Positions 49,740 through 59,621 of a stretch of DNA of 63,010 nt are shown here, piece by piece. The DNA lies in IMG/VR virus record IMGVR_UViG_3300044638_001695, positions 1 through 63,010 of that record, one strand, 5' to 3'. The DNA comes from a virus. Its lineage: Duplodnaviria; Caudoviricetes. The notes below the pieces were generated by a model. That model did no database searches. It saw nothing but the letters and a program-made list of their open reading frames with translations, and was not told where the DNA came from. A program made the translations under genes and the position numbers. The number at the start of each line of letters is the position of its first letter. The stretch's first letter is position 1.

Positions 49740-50120
49740 TTAAATAGCACGCGAAACACCACGCGGATCGGCAACAACAGCTTCAATGCTGTCATCGTTT
49801 ATCAAACGTAATTCCTGACCATTGACGTGAAGTCTTGTGCCAGTGTGAGGGCGGATCACTACATAATCACCAATTTCGCACCACGGTCCGTTAGGAAACC
49901 GGTCTTTATCGCTATAGGCTTCTGCACCCATATCTAATACCAGCCCAACAGTGGTCATGATTCGTTCTTCGTTCAGAGTACGATCTGCCTTAAGAATACC
50001 TGAGTCAAACTCTTTCTCAATCGTAGGCAATGCGATAAGCAAACGGTAGCCAACAGGCTTAGGTAGCTGTTGTTCCATTTCTGCTTCGGTTACTTCGACT
50101 TGTTCAGTCATTGTCGTCAT
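49740..50120 (-). CDS. groES: GroES-like co-chaperonin
   Basis: PKPVGYRLLI, SGIL, GPWCEIGDYV, RLINDDSIEAVV. Confidence 0.8.
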   Translation of the reverse strand: MTTMTEQVEVTEAEMEQQLPKPVGYRLLIALPTIEKEFDSGILKADRTLNEERIMTTVGLVLDMGAEAYSDKDRFPNGPWCEIGDYVVIRPHTGTRLHVNGQELRLINDDSIEAVVADPRGVSRAI

Positions 50121-50301
50121 CCATATAGTTACGAGCAAGGTCAAGAATTTCACGCTGCGCCAGACTTAGACCTGTAATCAGTCCGCACATATTCCGGTAA
50201 TGGGTGTAATCTTTACAACCCCCATCAGCCATGAACTCGGTAGCAGAGCTTTTATGCTCGTTTAACTTTTTAATCAGCGCGTCAAAGACGGTGTTTGCCA
50301 T
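50104..50301 (-). CDS. Hypothetical protein
   Basis: 65-aa ORF between portal and GroES. Confidence 0.7.
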   Translation of the reverse strand: MANTVFDALIKKLNEHKSSATEFMADGGCKDYTHYRNMCGLITGLSLAQREILDLARNYMDDDND

Positions 50302-50303
50302 AT

Positions 50304-52691
50304 TTATTCACCCTTTTTGTTAGAACTCATGTAAGTCTTTAAGAAATCCATTTTGTTCTTGTTTGTTGCTTGCTTACCTTGCAGTGCAAGGCGGTTTGCT
50401 TCATTCTCAGCAGAAACACCTAGTTTCTGTTTCTCAAGCTCAAGCTTAGCGGCGGCAAGTGCGACATCTGCCTTATCTTTCTCGGCCTTACGCTGCACGT
50501 CGGACTGCTTGATTTGAACTTCTGCTTGCTGCAACTGGAACAACGGATCTTGCTGTTGTTGTTGAGCTTGCTGTTGCGCTGCTTCCTGTTGGTGAATCTG
50601 CGTGAGTTGTTGTCCAGCATCGGCAACCAGTCTAGCCAACTGAACTTCAATCTCTTCTGGCAGCTCTTCATCAGGAGCGGGTAGTGTGACACCAAGTCTT
50701 TCTTCAATCTGCTTGCGATACTTAAATGCCAAGTGCTCTGCGATGTGGGCTTGGAGGGAAGCCATCATCTGTTGAGCCATTGGGTTTTGTCCCATCGTCT
50801 GCGCAATCATTGGGTCTTGCATAAACGATGTATGCGCCATGAGGTGAGCGTCTTGGTCTTGGTAGATAAACGCTTTAACAGGCTTGCCGATAAGAATTGC
50901 CATGTTCTCCGATACGGGATCTTTTGGCTTTTGGTCATCAGTCGTCGGTACAAGTTTGTCGGCATTCTTAATGCCTAGAACCTCAATCATCTGACGGTGC
51001 AACTGTGGCAAGTCATAAATCTGTGGAGCTTGTTGCGCCATCTGTAATACGGCTTGGTACTGAACGACTCGTTGCGCCATTGTGCTGCTGTTAGGATCAC
51101 TAACAGGGATGACATCAACCATCGCATAATCTGACTTCTTAGCGCGTGGCTCGCCTTCGTCTGGCTGATACTCATACTCTTCTGGCGCATAGTCTGCCAT
51201 GATAGCTTTGAGTAATTTAAACTCTTGCTTCATTGCGTAATGAACACGAGACTGCACTGCTGCCATAGGTTTGAGGGTGCGCTCAAGTAAGGCAAGAGTT
51301 GTTCCAACAGGGGCGTTTGCGCTCATGTCAGAAATGTTCATATCACTGATTGCGCCTAGACGACGGCCTTCGTCGGTGATGCGTTGTAACAAGGTTAGAA
51401 GCGTTTGGCTTGGCTCCTTGTACGGCATCATTAGGATATTGTCTTTAATGCTTCCGCTAGGTACATCTACATCACGGAATTCGCCGGGGGCGATAGGTGT
51501 GTCGTCACCCTTTACCCGCAGACCGCGAGACTTAAGACCACCGGGAAGATTAGCAAGAGTGCCAGCATCAACAAGCTGACGAATAATAGAAGTACCTGCA
51601 CGGGCGTATCCTCCAATAATGTGGATCAACCCCATACCGTAAAAGCCAAAGCCGGGGACATATACATAATGCACAAAGTGCTGACGCTTAAGTCTTAACT
51701 CATCATCTGGATTCCAATTACGGCGAATAGCCAATACGGTAGAAGTGCTGCGTTCAATCGTAATAACATAAGGTTTAGCAAGATCATCTTCATCGTCTAC
51801 TCCGGGAATGTTGTAGTCGATGTGTATCTCACACAGCGCATAGCGTTCATCATCAGACAGTGTGTAGCCGCCCTCTTCTGCTTTACGCTTTTCGATATCT
51901 GTATGGAACGTCTCTGGCTCGCCTAAGTCTACATCGCAGTAAAAACCACTAGCTTGAAGTTTCTTGACTTCGTTCTTAGTCTTGCGCATGATGTGTGTCA
52001 CGCGCTCAGCACTCTCAATATGGGACGCGCCATAAGGCACAATCACGTCCTCGGCGGGAATGTAGATCGAGACTTGACGGTTTAAGCTTGGGTCAAAATA
52101 AACTTTCTTAAACGCTGAGCCAGCCAACCCAAGTGAATACAACGCACGCTCATGCTCAGGGCGGTATTCCACCATGACATCAGTCAGCTCATAGTTCATG
52201 TCATTTTGGACACGCTTGGCTGCGTCTTCTTTCTCTTTTGTGATCTTGCCGATAATCTGCGTTCTTACAGGACCGGCAGCCGGGAAAGTCTCGGACATTG
52301 CTTCGGCTTGGAATCTTATTGCGGCTTCTGCTAATACTGTAGAGTAAACCCCGCAAGCATCTTGCCAAGGTTCTGTGCGCTCTTCGTACTTAAAGCCTAA
52401 GACATCTAAGCCCTTGACATAAGTATCAGCCCAGTCTTTACGACTGTTCACGTCTGCATCGACAAGCTCAAGTAACTCAGAGGCAAGTGATTGAAGTTCG
52501 CCGTCATCGAGAATCTCTGCAATGTTTTCGTTAAACTCGCTGTCTTCTTCTAGTTCTTTTTCTGGAATGAGCGTAATTTCTACGCTGCCATCAGATAGAG
52601 TGACCATCTCAGGGTTAACAATATCTATTTCGAGTGCGGCTTCGTCTTGATCGTCTATTCCAAGAGGGGCGGCGTACAGACCTTTTTCCAT
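50304..52691 (-). CDS. Portal protein
   Basis: 795 aa after TerL; GSAFKKVYFD, PGFGFYGMG, QLVDAGTL, Gln-rich coiled-coil tail. Confidence 0.88.
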   Translation of the reverse strand: MEKGLYAAPLGIDDQDEAALEIDIVNPEMVTLSDGSVEITLIPEKELEEDSEFNENIAEILDDGELQSLASELLELVDADVNSRKDWADTYVKGLDVLGFKYEERTEPWQDACGVYSTVLAEAAIRFQAEAMSETFPAAGPVRTQIIGKITKEKEDAAKRVQNDMNYELTDVMVEYRPEHERALYSLGLAGSAFKKVYFDPSLNRQVSIYIPAEDVIVPYGASHIESAERVTHIMRKTKNEVKKLQASGFYCDVDLGEPETFHTDIEKRKAEEGGYTLSDDERYALCEIHIDYNIPGVDDEDDLAKPYVITIERSTSTVLAIRRNWNPDDELRLKRQHFVHYVYVPGFGFYGMGLIHIIGGYARAGTSIIRQLVDAGTLANLPGGLKSRGLRVKGDDTPIAPGEFRDVDVPSGSIKDNILMMPYKEPSQTLLTLLQRITDEGRRLGAISDMNISDMSANAPVGTTLALLERTLKPMAAVQSRVHYAMKQEFKLLKAIMADYAPEEYEYQPDEGEPRAKKSDYAMVDVIPVSDPNSSTMAQRVVQYQAVLQMAQQAPQIYDLPQLHRQMIEVLGIKNADKLVPTTDDQKPKDPVSENMAILIGKPVKAFIYQDQDAHLMAHTSFMQDPMIAQTMGQNPMAQQMMASLQAHIAEHLAFKYRKQIEERLGVTLPAPDEELPEEIEVQLARLVADAGQQLTQIHQQEAAQQQAQQQQQDPLFQLQQAEVQIKQSDVQRKAEKDKADVALAAAKLELEKQKLGVSAENEANRLALQGKQATNKNKMDFLKTYMSSNKKGE

Positions 52692-52700
52692 GACTTATCC

Positions 52701-54197
52701 TTAGTAGTAAGCGCCTTTGCGCCTAAATGATCTTGGTTCATCTATTTCATCCGTTTGTAAGCGAATGAACCCGCCTTTGCGGAAACGAAGTAAAGCTTGA
52801 CTTGTACTATCTACAAAGTCATCGTGATCCGAGTTTGGAAATGCTGCTAATTCTTCTATCACTTCTTCTGCCCATCTCTTTGGGGGAGCCCATACCTTTC
52901 CGGATGCAAATAAGTCGGATATAGCGTTAACGCGCACAATCTTATCATTACCCCTAGTCGGCGTAAACTCCTGAACCGGTATGCCCATCGCCCGTAACTC
53001 ATAAATCAGTGGCGCACCAGAGGCTTTGGCTTCCACAATAAACGAATCTGGCTCCCATTCTTTGTAGTATTTCATGGCAATTTCCTTTAACTCCGGAAAC
53101 TCCATCCTCTTTTTAAAGGCGTCTAATAAAATAAGATTAGGATCTTCTGGGTTCTCGTTTGGGTAGAAAACACCCCAAGTCGTACATGCCGAATAGTCAG
53201 CCCTCTCGCTTTTTGAGAATGCCGTATCCCAGCTCTGTAAGATATATTCACATGGAGGAGGCTCTTCTTTCTCCCACAGCTTCCACCAATCTCTCTTAAT
53301 TAACGCACCCTCTTCGGACGTTGGGCTTTGTTGGTACTGAGCATTCCACTTTGCCGGAGGGAGTTCATCTCTGAGAGCGTCTAATTCCTCGTAGCTCCAA
53401 AACTCAGGCCAAAGAGGGTTGCCGGAAGGTAAGATTGCCGGAAATTCAATTAGCTCCCAAGTCTCGCCGTCTCTCTCCATTGAGCTTTGTAAGATCCTGC
53501 CCGTTAAGTCTTTCTTCGACCAGCGCGTCATAACAATCACAATTGACCCACCCGGCTGAAGACGCTGCCGAGGACCTGAGGTGTACCATTCATACACAGA
53601 GTCAAATATCTCAGGGGAAGATGCCGCTAGCTTCGCCTCTTGTTCAGAGTGTGGGTCATCAATAATCAAAAGGTCAGCACCCTTACCCGTTACCGTACCT
53701 CCAACCCCAATAGCAAAATACTCGCCGTTGTGATTAGTTGACCATCGTCCCGCTGCTTTCGAGTCTTGTCTCAAGCTTACATTCGGGAAAACTTTGGCGT
53801 ATTGCTCACTCCCTACTAAGTTCCTCACCTTACGTCCAAATCCCGTCGCCAATTCCGCCGTGTTCGAACACTGGATAATCTTCTTATTAGGATACTTCCC
53901 TAAAAACCAAGCCGGTAAAAGGTAGCTTGCAAACTCAGACTTCGTATGTCGCGGGGGCATATTAATGATCAGTCTCTTTAACCTTCCTTCCGCAATATCT
54001 TGAAACTTCTTTGCCATCACCTTATGGTGTCGCCCATTCACAAACCCGGGCCACATCTCATTTGTGTAAGCCATAAAGTCTTTCTGAGCCTTCTCTCGTT
54101 TAACAGAAGACTCGTAATCCGCAAGCATAGCCAAGAACCCTTCTTGCTCAGCCGCCGGTAAGCTCTCTATGGCTTTCGTGATCTCATCTAAATTCAT
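52701..54197 (-). CDS. terL: Terminase large subunit
   Basis: INMPPRHTKS, LLIIDDPH, MTRW, QSWDTA, VEAKASG, HDDFVDS. Confidence 0.95.
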   Translation of the reverse strand: MNLDEITKAIESLPAAEQEGFLAMLADYESSVKREKAQKDFMAYTNEMWPGFVNGRHHKVMAKKFQDIAEGRLKRLIINMPPRHTKSEFASYLLPAWFLGKYPNKKIIQCSNTAELATGFGRKVRNLVGSEQYAKVFPNVSLRQDSKAAGRWSTNHNGEYFAIGVGGTVTGKGADLLIIDDPHSEQEAKLAASSPEIFDSVYEWYTSGPRQRLQPGGSIVIVMTRWSKKDLTGRILQSSMERDGETWELIEFPAILPSGNPLWPEFWSYEELDALRDELPPAKWNAQYQQSPTSEEGALIKRDWWKLWEKEEPPPCEYILQSWDTAFSKSERADYSACTTWGVFYPNENPEDPNLILLDAFKKRMEFPELKEIAMKYYKEWEPDSFIVEAKASGAPLIYELRAMGIPVQEFTPTRGNDKIVRVNAISDLFASGKVWAPPKRWAEEVIEELAAFPNSDHDDFVDSTSQALLRFRKGGFIRLQTDEIDEPRSFRRKGAYY

Positions 54198-54445
54198 ATA
54201 TTCTTAAACTTAATCCAAGAAGGCCGAACACTTCTTCCACGATTAGGAACCCTCTTACAAGCCCCACTCTCACATAACCTCTTAACCATCCTATGCACAT
54301 TAGACCTACTCTTATCTCCAGTAAGTAACATAATGTCATCTATAGAAGGACCAAACCCAAACCTCTTCCACCACTCCTCTATAACCATATATATCTCTTT
54401 CTGTCTCTCAGTCATAATCTTCTCTATACACTCTTCCCGTTTCAT
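54194..54445 (-). CDS. LexA-type DNA-binding domain-only protein
   Basis: MTERQKEIY...GFGPSIDDI...KSRSNVHRMVKRLCESG...RSVR; no peptidase domain. Confidence 0.75.
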   Translation of the reverse strand: MKREECIEKIMTERQKEIYMVIEEWWKRFGFGPSIDDIMLLTGDKSRSNVHRMVKRLCESGACKRVPNRGRSVRPSWIKFKNI

Positions 54446-54495
54446 AAAATATACCCCCCCACCCTTTTGTATCCAAAATCATAAGGGGGGTGTTT

Positions 54496-54518
54496 ACACT
54501 ATAACAATGTTACAGTGT
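54496..54518 (-). promoter_or_regulatory. 23-bp palindromic operator / extended -10 promoter
   Basis: Minus strand ACACTGTAACATTGTTATAGTGT, 50 bp upstream of the LexA-like gene. Confidence 0.75.
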
Positions 54519-55286
54519 GTTTGATTTATCCGGATATACATGGGGGGCCTCTTCATTGGATTTTTGATTGGGTGATTCGTGTGGATCTGATTTTTGTGAT
54601 GTTGATTCGTGTGGAATACTATGTATATAGTCCATAGGGTACTCAACGCCTAAGTCGGGGGGTGCGGGTACGGTGGGGTCGTCATCCGGCTGATTCTGAT
54701 TCTCTGGCGGCGTCTCGTTTAACTCGGCGAGTAATGAGTCAGCGTCATCGTTGACTGTGATATCTTCGGCTTGGGTATTCATTACAGTCTTAAGCTGATC
54801 TAATAGGCGTTGACGGATATCGTCTGACTTATGTACTACTAAGGTTTCCTTTCTATCTAAGAATAGTCCAACCTCTGCTACGCTTCCCAGTAGTTTGAGA
54901 CAAGCCACCCTTTGTGCTGGGGGAAACTCTTCGTCTAATACATGCTTGGTTAACTGAGATACGACTAGGGATCTCAATTGAGTAGGGGTTTGGTATTCCT
55001 CGTATGCTTTCTGGGCTCTAAAGGACTCCACTGCTACTTGTATTCTCTCATCCGTTGATAGAACACTCGCACGACTTCCTACACTCTTGGGACTACCCTT
55101 AGCACCATAGGCTTTCCTATATGCTCCTACCTTAGTGCCTTTACCTAATGCTAGCTCTTTAGCGAACTCTATTTGTCTATTAGTAAGGTTGACAGGAGAA
55201 CCACTAGCTCCCCTTAGTAACTCACTCATAGGGATTTGTTCTAGTCCTCTCTCTATCTGTTCTCTACTGAGTTTCAACTTAGCCAT
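54510..55286 (-). CDS. terS: Terminase small subunit
   Basis: LTNRQIEFAKELA...AYRKAY HTH; RVACLKLLG..GLF; upstream of terL. Confidence 0.7.
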   Translation of the reverse strand: MAKLKLSREQIERGLEQIPMSELLRGASGSPVNLTNRQIEFAKELALGKGTKVGAYRKAYGAKGSPKSVGSRASVLSTDERIQVAVESFRAQKAYEEYQTPTQLRSLVVSQLTKHVLDEEFPPAQRVACLKLLGSVAEVGLFLDRKETLVVHKSDDIRQRLLDQLKTVMNTQAEDITVNDDADSLLAELNETPPENQNQPDDDPTVPAPPDLGVEYPMDYIHSIPHESTSQKSDPHESPNQKSNEEAPHVYPDKSNTL

Positions 55287-55330
55287 AAAAATATGCGGGA
55301 TTTTAGGTTTCGGGTTTCTTAACTGGGGAA

Positions 55331-55346
55331 TGTTCCACGTGAAACA
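55331..55346. promoter_or_regulatory. parS: parS site (chromosomal consensus, one mismatch)
   Basis: TGTTCCACGTGAAACA. Confidence 0.8.
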
Positions 55347-55479
55347 TGGGGTACAAAAGAAGAATATACGATTACTGGGGGAATGTACAGCACCCTAGGA
55401 ACGATTTAAACCCACCGCCACGCCTTTTATGGCTTAGTTGATACCTAGACATAGGGCAAAACAACGCTTACTTTTTATA

Positions 55480-55495
55480 TGTTTCACGTGAAACA
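55480..55495. promoter_or_regulatory. parS: parS site (perfect consensus)
   Basis: TGTTTCACGTGAAACA. Confidence 0.85.
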
Positions 55496-55624
55496 ATCCT
55501 AATCATATTAGGGTAAACACCTAGAAAATAATTGATAATTATATGTATTGAGATGCAATAGGTGTGATCTAATTAACCAATGCAATACATCAATATTTAT
55601 TAACCATGTATAGGAGTAGTAACT

Positions 55625-56883
55625 ATGAGCATAACGACACAACCTTACGTTATCAATAAATTGACTTTCTTTCGACGTGTTATCCCCACACGCTCCGCAA
55701 AGCTGAACACTTTCGAAGTGTTTCCATCTGAACAGCACAAATTAAACATTGTTAGAACAAGCCTAGAAACCCCTACAGGCACAGCCCATAGTGTCGGCTT
55801 TGTGTTTGATGGTGTCGCTTATCACCTTGAATCAGAAATGAAATTCACCCCAAACCAACCGGAGTAATACACCATGAAAACCACAATAAACGGCATCACA
55901 ATAGAGATCGAACAATATGACGATTCTTCAAATTGTTTCCTCTCTTATAAAAAATATGATTCTTCCCTAGCACTCGCTGAGGACTTGGGAGGTTTTGAGG
56001 ACAGCGACACAGGAGAGATACACCCAATTGATCCGGCAACGCTTTATAAAATTTCAGCTTGGGCTTATGCCAACGGATACTGAGGAACAATGACAATGAA
56101 CATTACCGTATCAATCAAGAGCCACTACGGCACACAGTACATATACCCCGTTTGCGATGCCGCTCAAAAGCTTTGCGACCTTACTGGAAAGAAAACCCTC
56201 AGCCAACGGGATATTGGCATCATTAAATACCTAGGTTATTCCATCAACGTACAACAGCCGGAGATTACATTGTGAACAATCAAACCCTTTTAGACTTACT
56301 CACTCTTGCCCTTCCCTATGTTGAGGACTGCGCCGAGAATACAGACTATAAACCCGCCGCCGTTCAGGCACTCGCCGACCGCATACGGGCAGAAATTAAC
56401 GCAAGCGATTGGGACTATTACGAGTTTTCAATAGGAGAGCATTTTGTCCCCGCCATTATCAATGGCGACTACACCGGATTAAACGACACCGAAGAAAGAC
56501 AGTTAGATAAATTTTTAGCTGAATATAAAAATGGTCACTGGGGATATGAGGACTTAATAGGATTCTCTGAGGACTGCAGGACTTGCGAAGTATGCGACCA
56601 ATACACCAAAACAATGCAATTGCGCTTTCACTTTAAACAATCAGACAGAGGTTAAGCCATGACACGCAAAGACTACGAACTTATCGCCGCCGTTTTAAAA
56701 CGATACACCGACACAGACAACGCCCACATCGAACACATGGCAGAAACGGACTTCGAACCATCAGACACAGACCGAGCCAGATCGAGCCGCACCCGTCTTA
56801 TTATGCGGGATATTGCAACCGCACTAGAAACAGAAAACCCCCACTTTAATCGTATAACATTCTATAAGGCTTGCGGACTATGA
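55625..56883 (+). CDS. First five early genes: 55625-55867, 55874-56083, 56090-56275, 56272-56655, 56659-56883 (hypothetical)
   Basis: Tightly packed + strand ORFs with GGAG/GAGG RBS after the AT-rich divergent region. Confidence 0.65.
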
Positions 56884-57035
56884 CCGACCACCACACCCCA
56901 CAACGCCAAGCATGGCTTAGGACTCTGCAACCCCGTCCATTTCTTGCAGATACCGCCGCCGCACTATTAGCCGTCCTTGCTTTACTCGCCGCCCTTTTTG
57001 TTTTATAAATACAATACACGAGATCCGGAGAAATC

Positions 57036-57329
57036 ATGTCACACCAACAAGAGGCACTACAGCGTGCGACCACTTCGCAAAGCTTCAGCAACTATCCCCT
57101 AATCATTCAGGGCTTCAGCGAGCGAGGCATCCCGCCCGAACAGATCCGCCCCCGAGAGAATGTTTTTACTTTCAACGCTTGGAGACAACTCAGCCGCACC
57201 GTAAAGAAGGGAGAGAAGGGAGTGCAGATTATTACTTGGATACCCTGCGAGAAGGACGGCGAGAAGTTTATGCGACCAAAGACTACTACCGTTTTCCACA
57301 TTACCCAAACTCAGGAGCTAACAAAATGA
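57036..57329 (+). CDS. ArdC-like N-terminal ssDNA-binding domain protein
   Basis: VFTFNAWRQLSRTVKKGEKG, TVFHITQT. Confidence 0.75.
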   Translation: MSHQQEALQRATTSQSFSNYPLIIQGFSERGIPPEQIRPRENVFTFNAWRQLSRTVKKGEKGVQIITWIPCEKDGEKFMRPKTTTVFHITQTQELTK

Positions 57330-57652
57330 TCCAGACCATTAATATATTTGATTTTCGGGACGCGTTTCACCGCATGGGGCGAACTGAGCAATTCAGTAAC
57401 GCCGCCCTGAAAGTTATTTTCGACTACATCGAAGACTACGAACGGGACACAGGCGAACAGGTCGAGCTAGACCCGATAGCTATTTGTTGCGACTGGGCAG
57501 AAGACACGCCCGAAGGTATCGCACACGACCACGACATAGACCTAGAGGGAGTAGAAGAGGACGATATCCACTCCGCCGTAATGGAGTACCTCTGCGACTC
57601 GACACACGCCGAAGACACAGGAACGGGCACGATTGTTTACATCAAATTCTAA
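57326..57652 (+). CDS. Acidic hypothetical protein
   Basis: ATG 57326; DFRDAF, FS..AL..IFDY, ELDPIAICCDWAE. Confidence 0.7.
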   Translation: MIQTINIFDFRDAFHRMGRTEQFSNAALKVIFDYIEDYERDTGEQVELDPIAICCDWAEDTPEGIAHDHDIDLEGVEEDDIHSAVMEYLCDSTHAEDTGTGTIVYIKF

Positions 57653-57968
57653 GAGGCACGCCATGCAAACCGACCTTATGAAATTGTCAAATAGTCTTTT
57701 CGACCTGTCGAGGGACTGTCCCAAGGAATACGAAACCGTATTAATTGAGGCATCAATAGCACTTATGAAAATCAACACCGCAACCGAGGCACACCATGCA
57801 ATCAATTAACTATATTCACCAAGAACTAATTACAGTTTGCCCTTTCCCGCCCGAGAACGAGCCGCATTTTATTATCCAGATCCGCTCATTTTCCGGACGA
57901 AAGACCAAGCATATAAACATTACGCCCGAGCAGTTTAAAAAGATCGAGCGAATTCTAGAGGGTTTGCC

Positions 57969-58946
57969 ATGCTAAGAGATCTAGCCGCCGCAGTAATCGA
58001 AACCCTACCCGCTCAGTCCGGCACACTTTATGCCGCCTTGATGGGGCAGGGATGCACGCTCAGCCAATACGAGCAGATCCTAGAAGCACTCACCGAGACC
58101 GGACTAATACGGCAGGACGGGCAGTTAATCGACAGCACGCCACAGGGTAAAAGCTTTTTACTACTGGCATCAAAAGGCTAATTTTTGGGAATTCCCTACA
58201 CGCAAAAAAGGACTACAAAATGCAAATCTCTTACCACAAAAAACATCCAGTCAAAGGTTGGCATCATGTTATTACGGCAGACGCAAAAGACCCGCACGCA
58301 TGGCGCACCGATCAAGACCAATTTGTAATTCAATTTATAAAGAAAACAGGCGCAGGAGTTGTCACAATGGGCGCATCAATGTGGGAGGTCAAGAAATGAT
58401 TCGATCCGGCTCTTGGGTAATCGTCAACCGACAAACAGGCGAGGCAATACTGGAAACCTTCAGCGAAAAGGTAACTAAGGCTATCAACACAAAAAAGTAT
58501 CAGGTAATGACAGCATACGACTACCTATGCAAACTCAACGCAAACATCAAGGCACAACGATGAAACACCTATTCAACATATGGCTACAAGGTCAGCACTC
58601 GGTAACGACCATTATGGCAAACAGCGCACAGCAAGCCGCTACTATTTTTATTGCTCGCAATGATCTAGAAATAGCAGAAGATCATCCAGACCTAAACATC
58701 AAGCAGATTTATTAAAAGGCTATCAAAATGAAATACGAAACCAAGTGCTGTACTGTTTTCGATATACCAAGCGATCCGCTTGCCCGTAAGGTGCATTTTT
58801 ATGATGTAACTATTGCGCTGAATTCTTGGGATGAAAACGAAGACGCAGAGGACGAGCAGATTTTCTTTTATATGGACGGGCAACCACTAGAAGTCGGCAT
58901 GATTTTAGGTGATGGCTTTGTAGTTTCACACATTGACGAGGAATAA
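57969..58946 (+). CDS. Small early genes: 57969-58181, ~58396-58563, 58560-58715, 58728-58946 (hypothetical)
   Basis: Packed + strand ORFs; starts approximate. Confidence 0.55.
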
Positions 58947-58949
58947 TAA

Positions 58950-59111
58950 ATGAACATCACACCAGACCAAATTAGCAAGATCAGAGAAGCAATGCACCTC
59001 GCAGGGTACTTTGCAGAAAACCCAAGCAAAGAGCAAACCGCCCAAGACAGGTCAACAGTTAGAACGGCATGGGAAGTAATTTATTCAATCGAACGAGGAG
59101 AGCAAGAATGA
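58950..59111 (+). CDS. MNIT-family paralog 1 (53 aa, not in ORF track)
   Basis: MNITPDQISKIREAMHLAGYF...DRSTVRTAWEVIYSIE. Confidence 0.7.
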   Translation: MNITPDQISKIREAMHLAGYFAENPSKEQTAQDRSTVRTAWEVIYSIERGEQE

Positions 59112-59281
59112 AAACCTACCAAGTAACTATCAAAGCAGTTATTACAAAGACTTTCGAAGTGGAGTGCGAAGAGGAGGGGCAAGCATACGAGGAGGCGTGC
59201 GAGTTATTTAGCTGTGATTGTGATGGGGTTGACGAGGACTATGAACAAGACGCAATTTCAATTAAAGAGGTGACAGCATGA
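59108..59281 (+). CDS. Small acidic protein, similar to 60827-61012
   Basis: MKTYQVTIKAVITKTFEVECEEEGQAYEEA versus MKNYEVTLIATVRKVIPVRANDGNEAMDIA. Confidence 0.65.
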   Translation: MKTYQVTIKAVITKTFEVECEEEGQAYEEACELFSCDCDGVDEDYEQDAISIKEVTA

Positions 59282-59451
59282 ACATTACAAAAGAGCAATT
59301 TCAAGCAATCGAATGGGCACTCACTCTTGCAGAGTATTTTGTAGCCGATCAAGAGCCATCTAATGATTGTCATAAGGATGATTTAGAAACCCTGACAAAT
59401 GCACAGAAAGCCATTGCAGAGGTTCGTAAACAAAATGAGGTGACAACATGA
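59278..59451 (+). CDS. MNIT-family paralog 2 (57 aa, not in ORF track)
   Basis: MNITKEQFQAIEWALTLAEYF. Confidence 0.7.
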   Translation: MNITKEQFQAIEWALTLAEYFVADQEPSNDCHKDDLETLTNAQKAIAEVRKQNEVTT

Positions 59452-59621
59452 ACATCACGCCGGAACAACTAAGCACAATCAGATCCGCTCTATGGCTTGC
59501 AGGGTGGCTTGTCACAGACTCAGAAAAAGACGGGTACATCGAACTACTTGAATCCGACAGAGCCACTGTTAAGAAGGCTTGGGATACCGTCTATCAAATA
59601 GAACTAGGGGTAACAGCATGA
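59448..59621 (+). CDS. MNIT-family paralog 3 (57 aa, not in ORF track)
   Basis: MNITPEQLSTIRSALWLAGWL...DRATVKKAWDTVYQIE. Confidence 0.7.
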   Translation: MNITPEQLSTIRSALWLAGWLVTDSEKDGYIELLESDRATVKKAWDTVYQIELGVTA

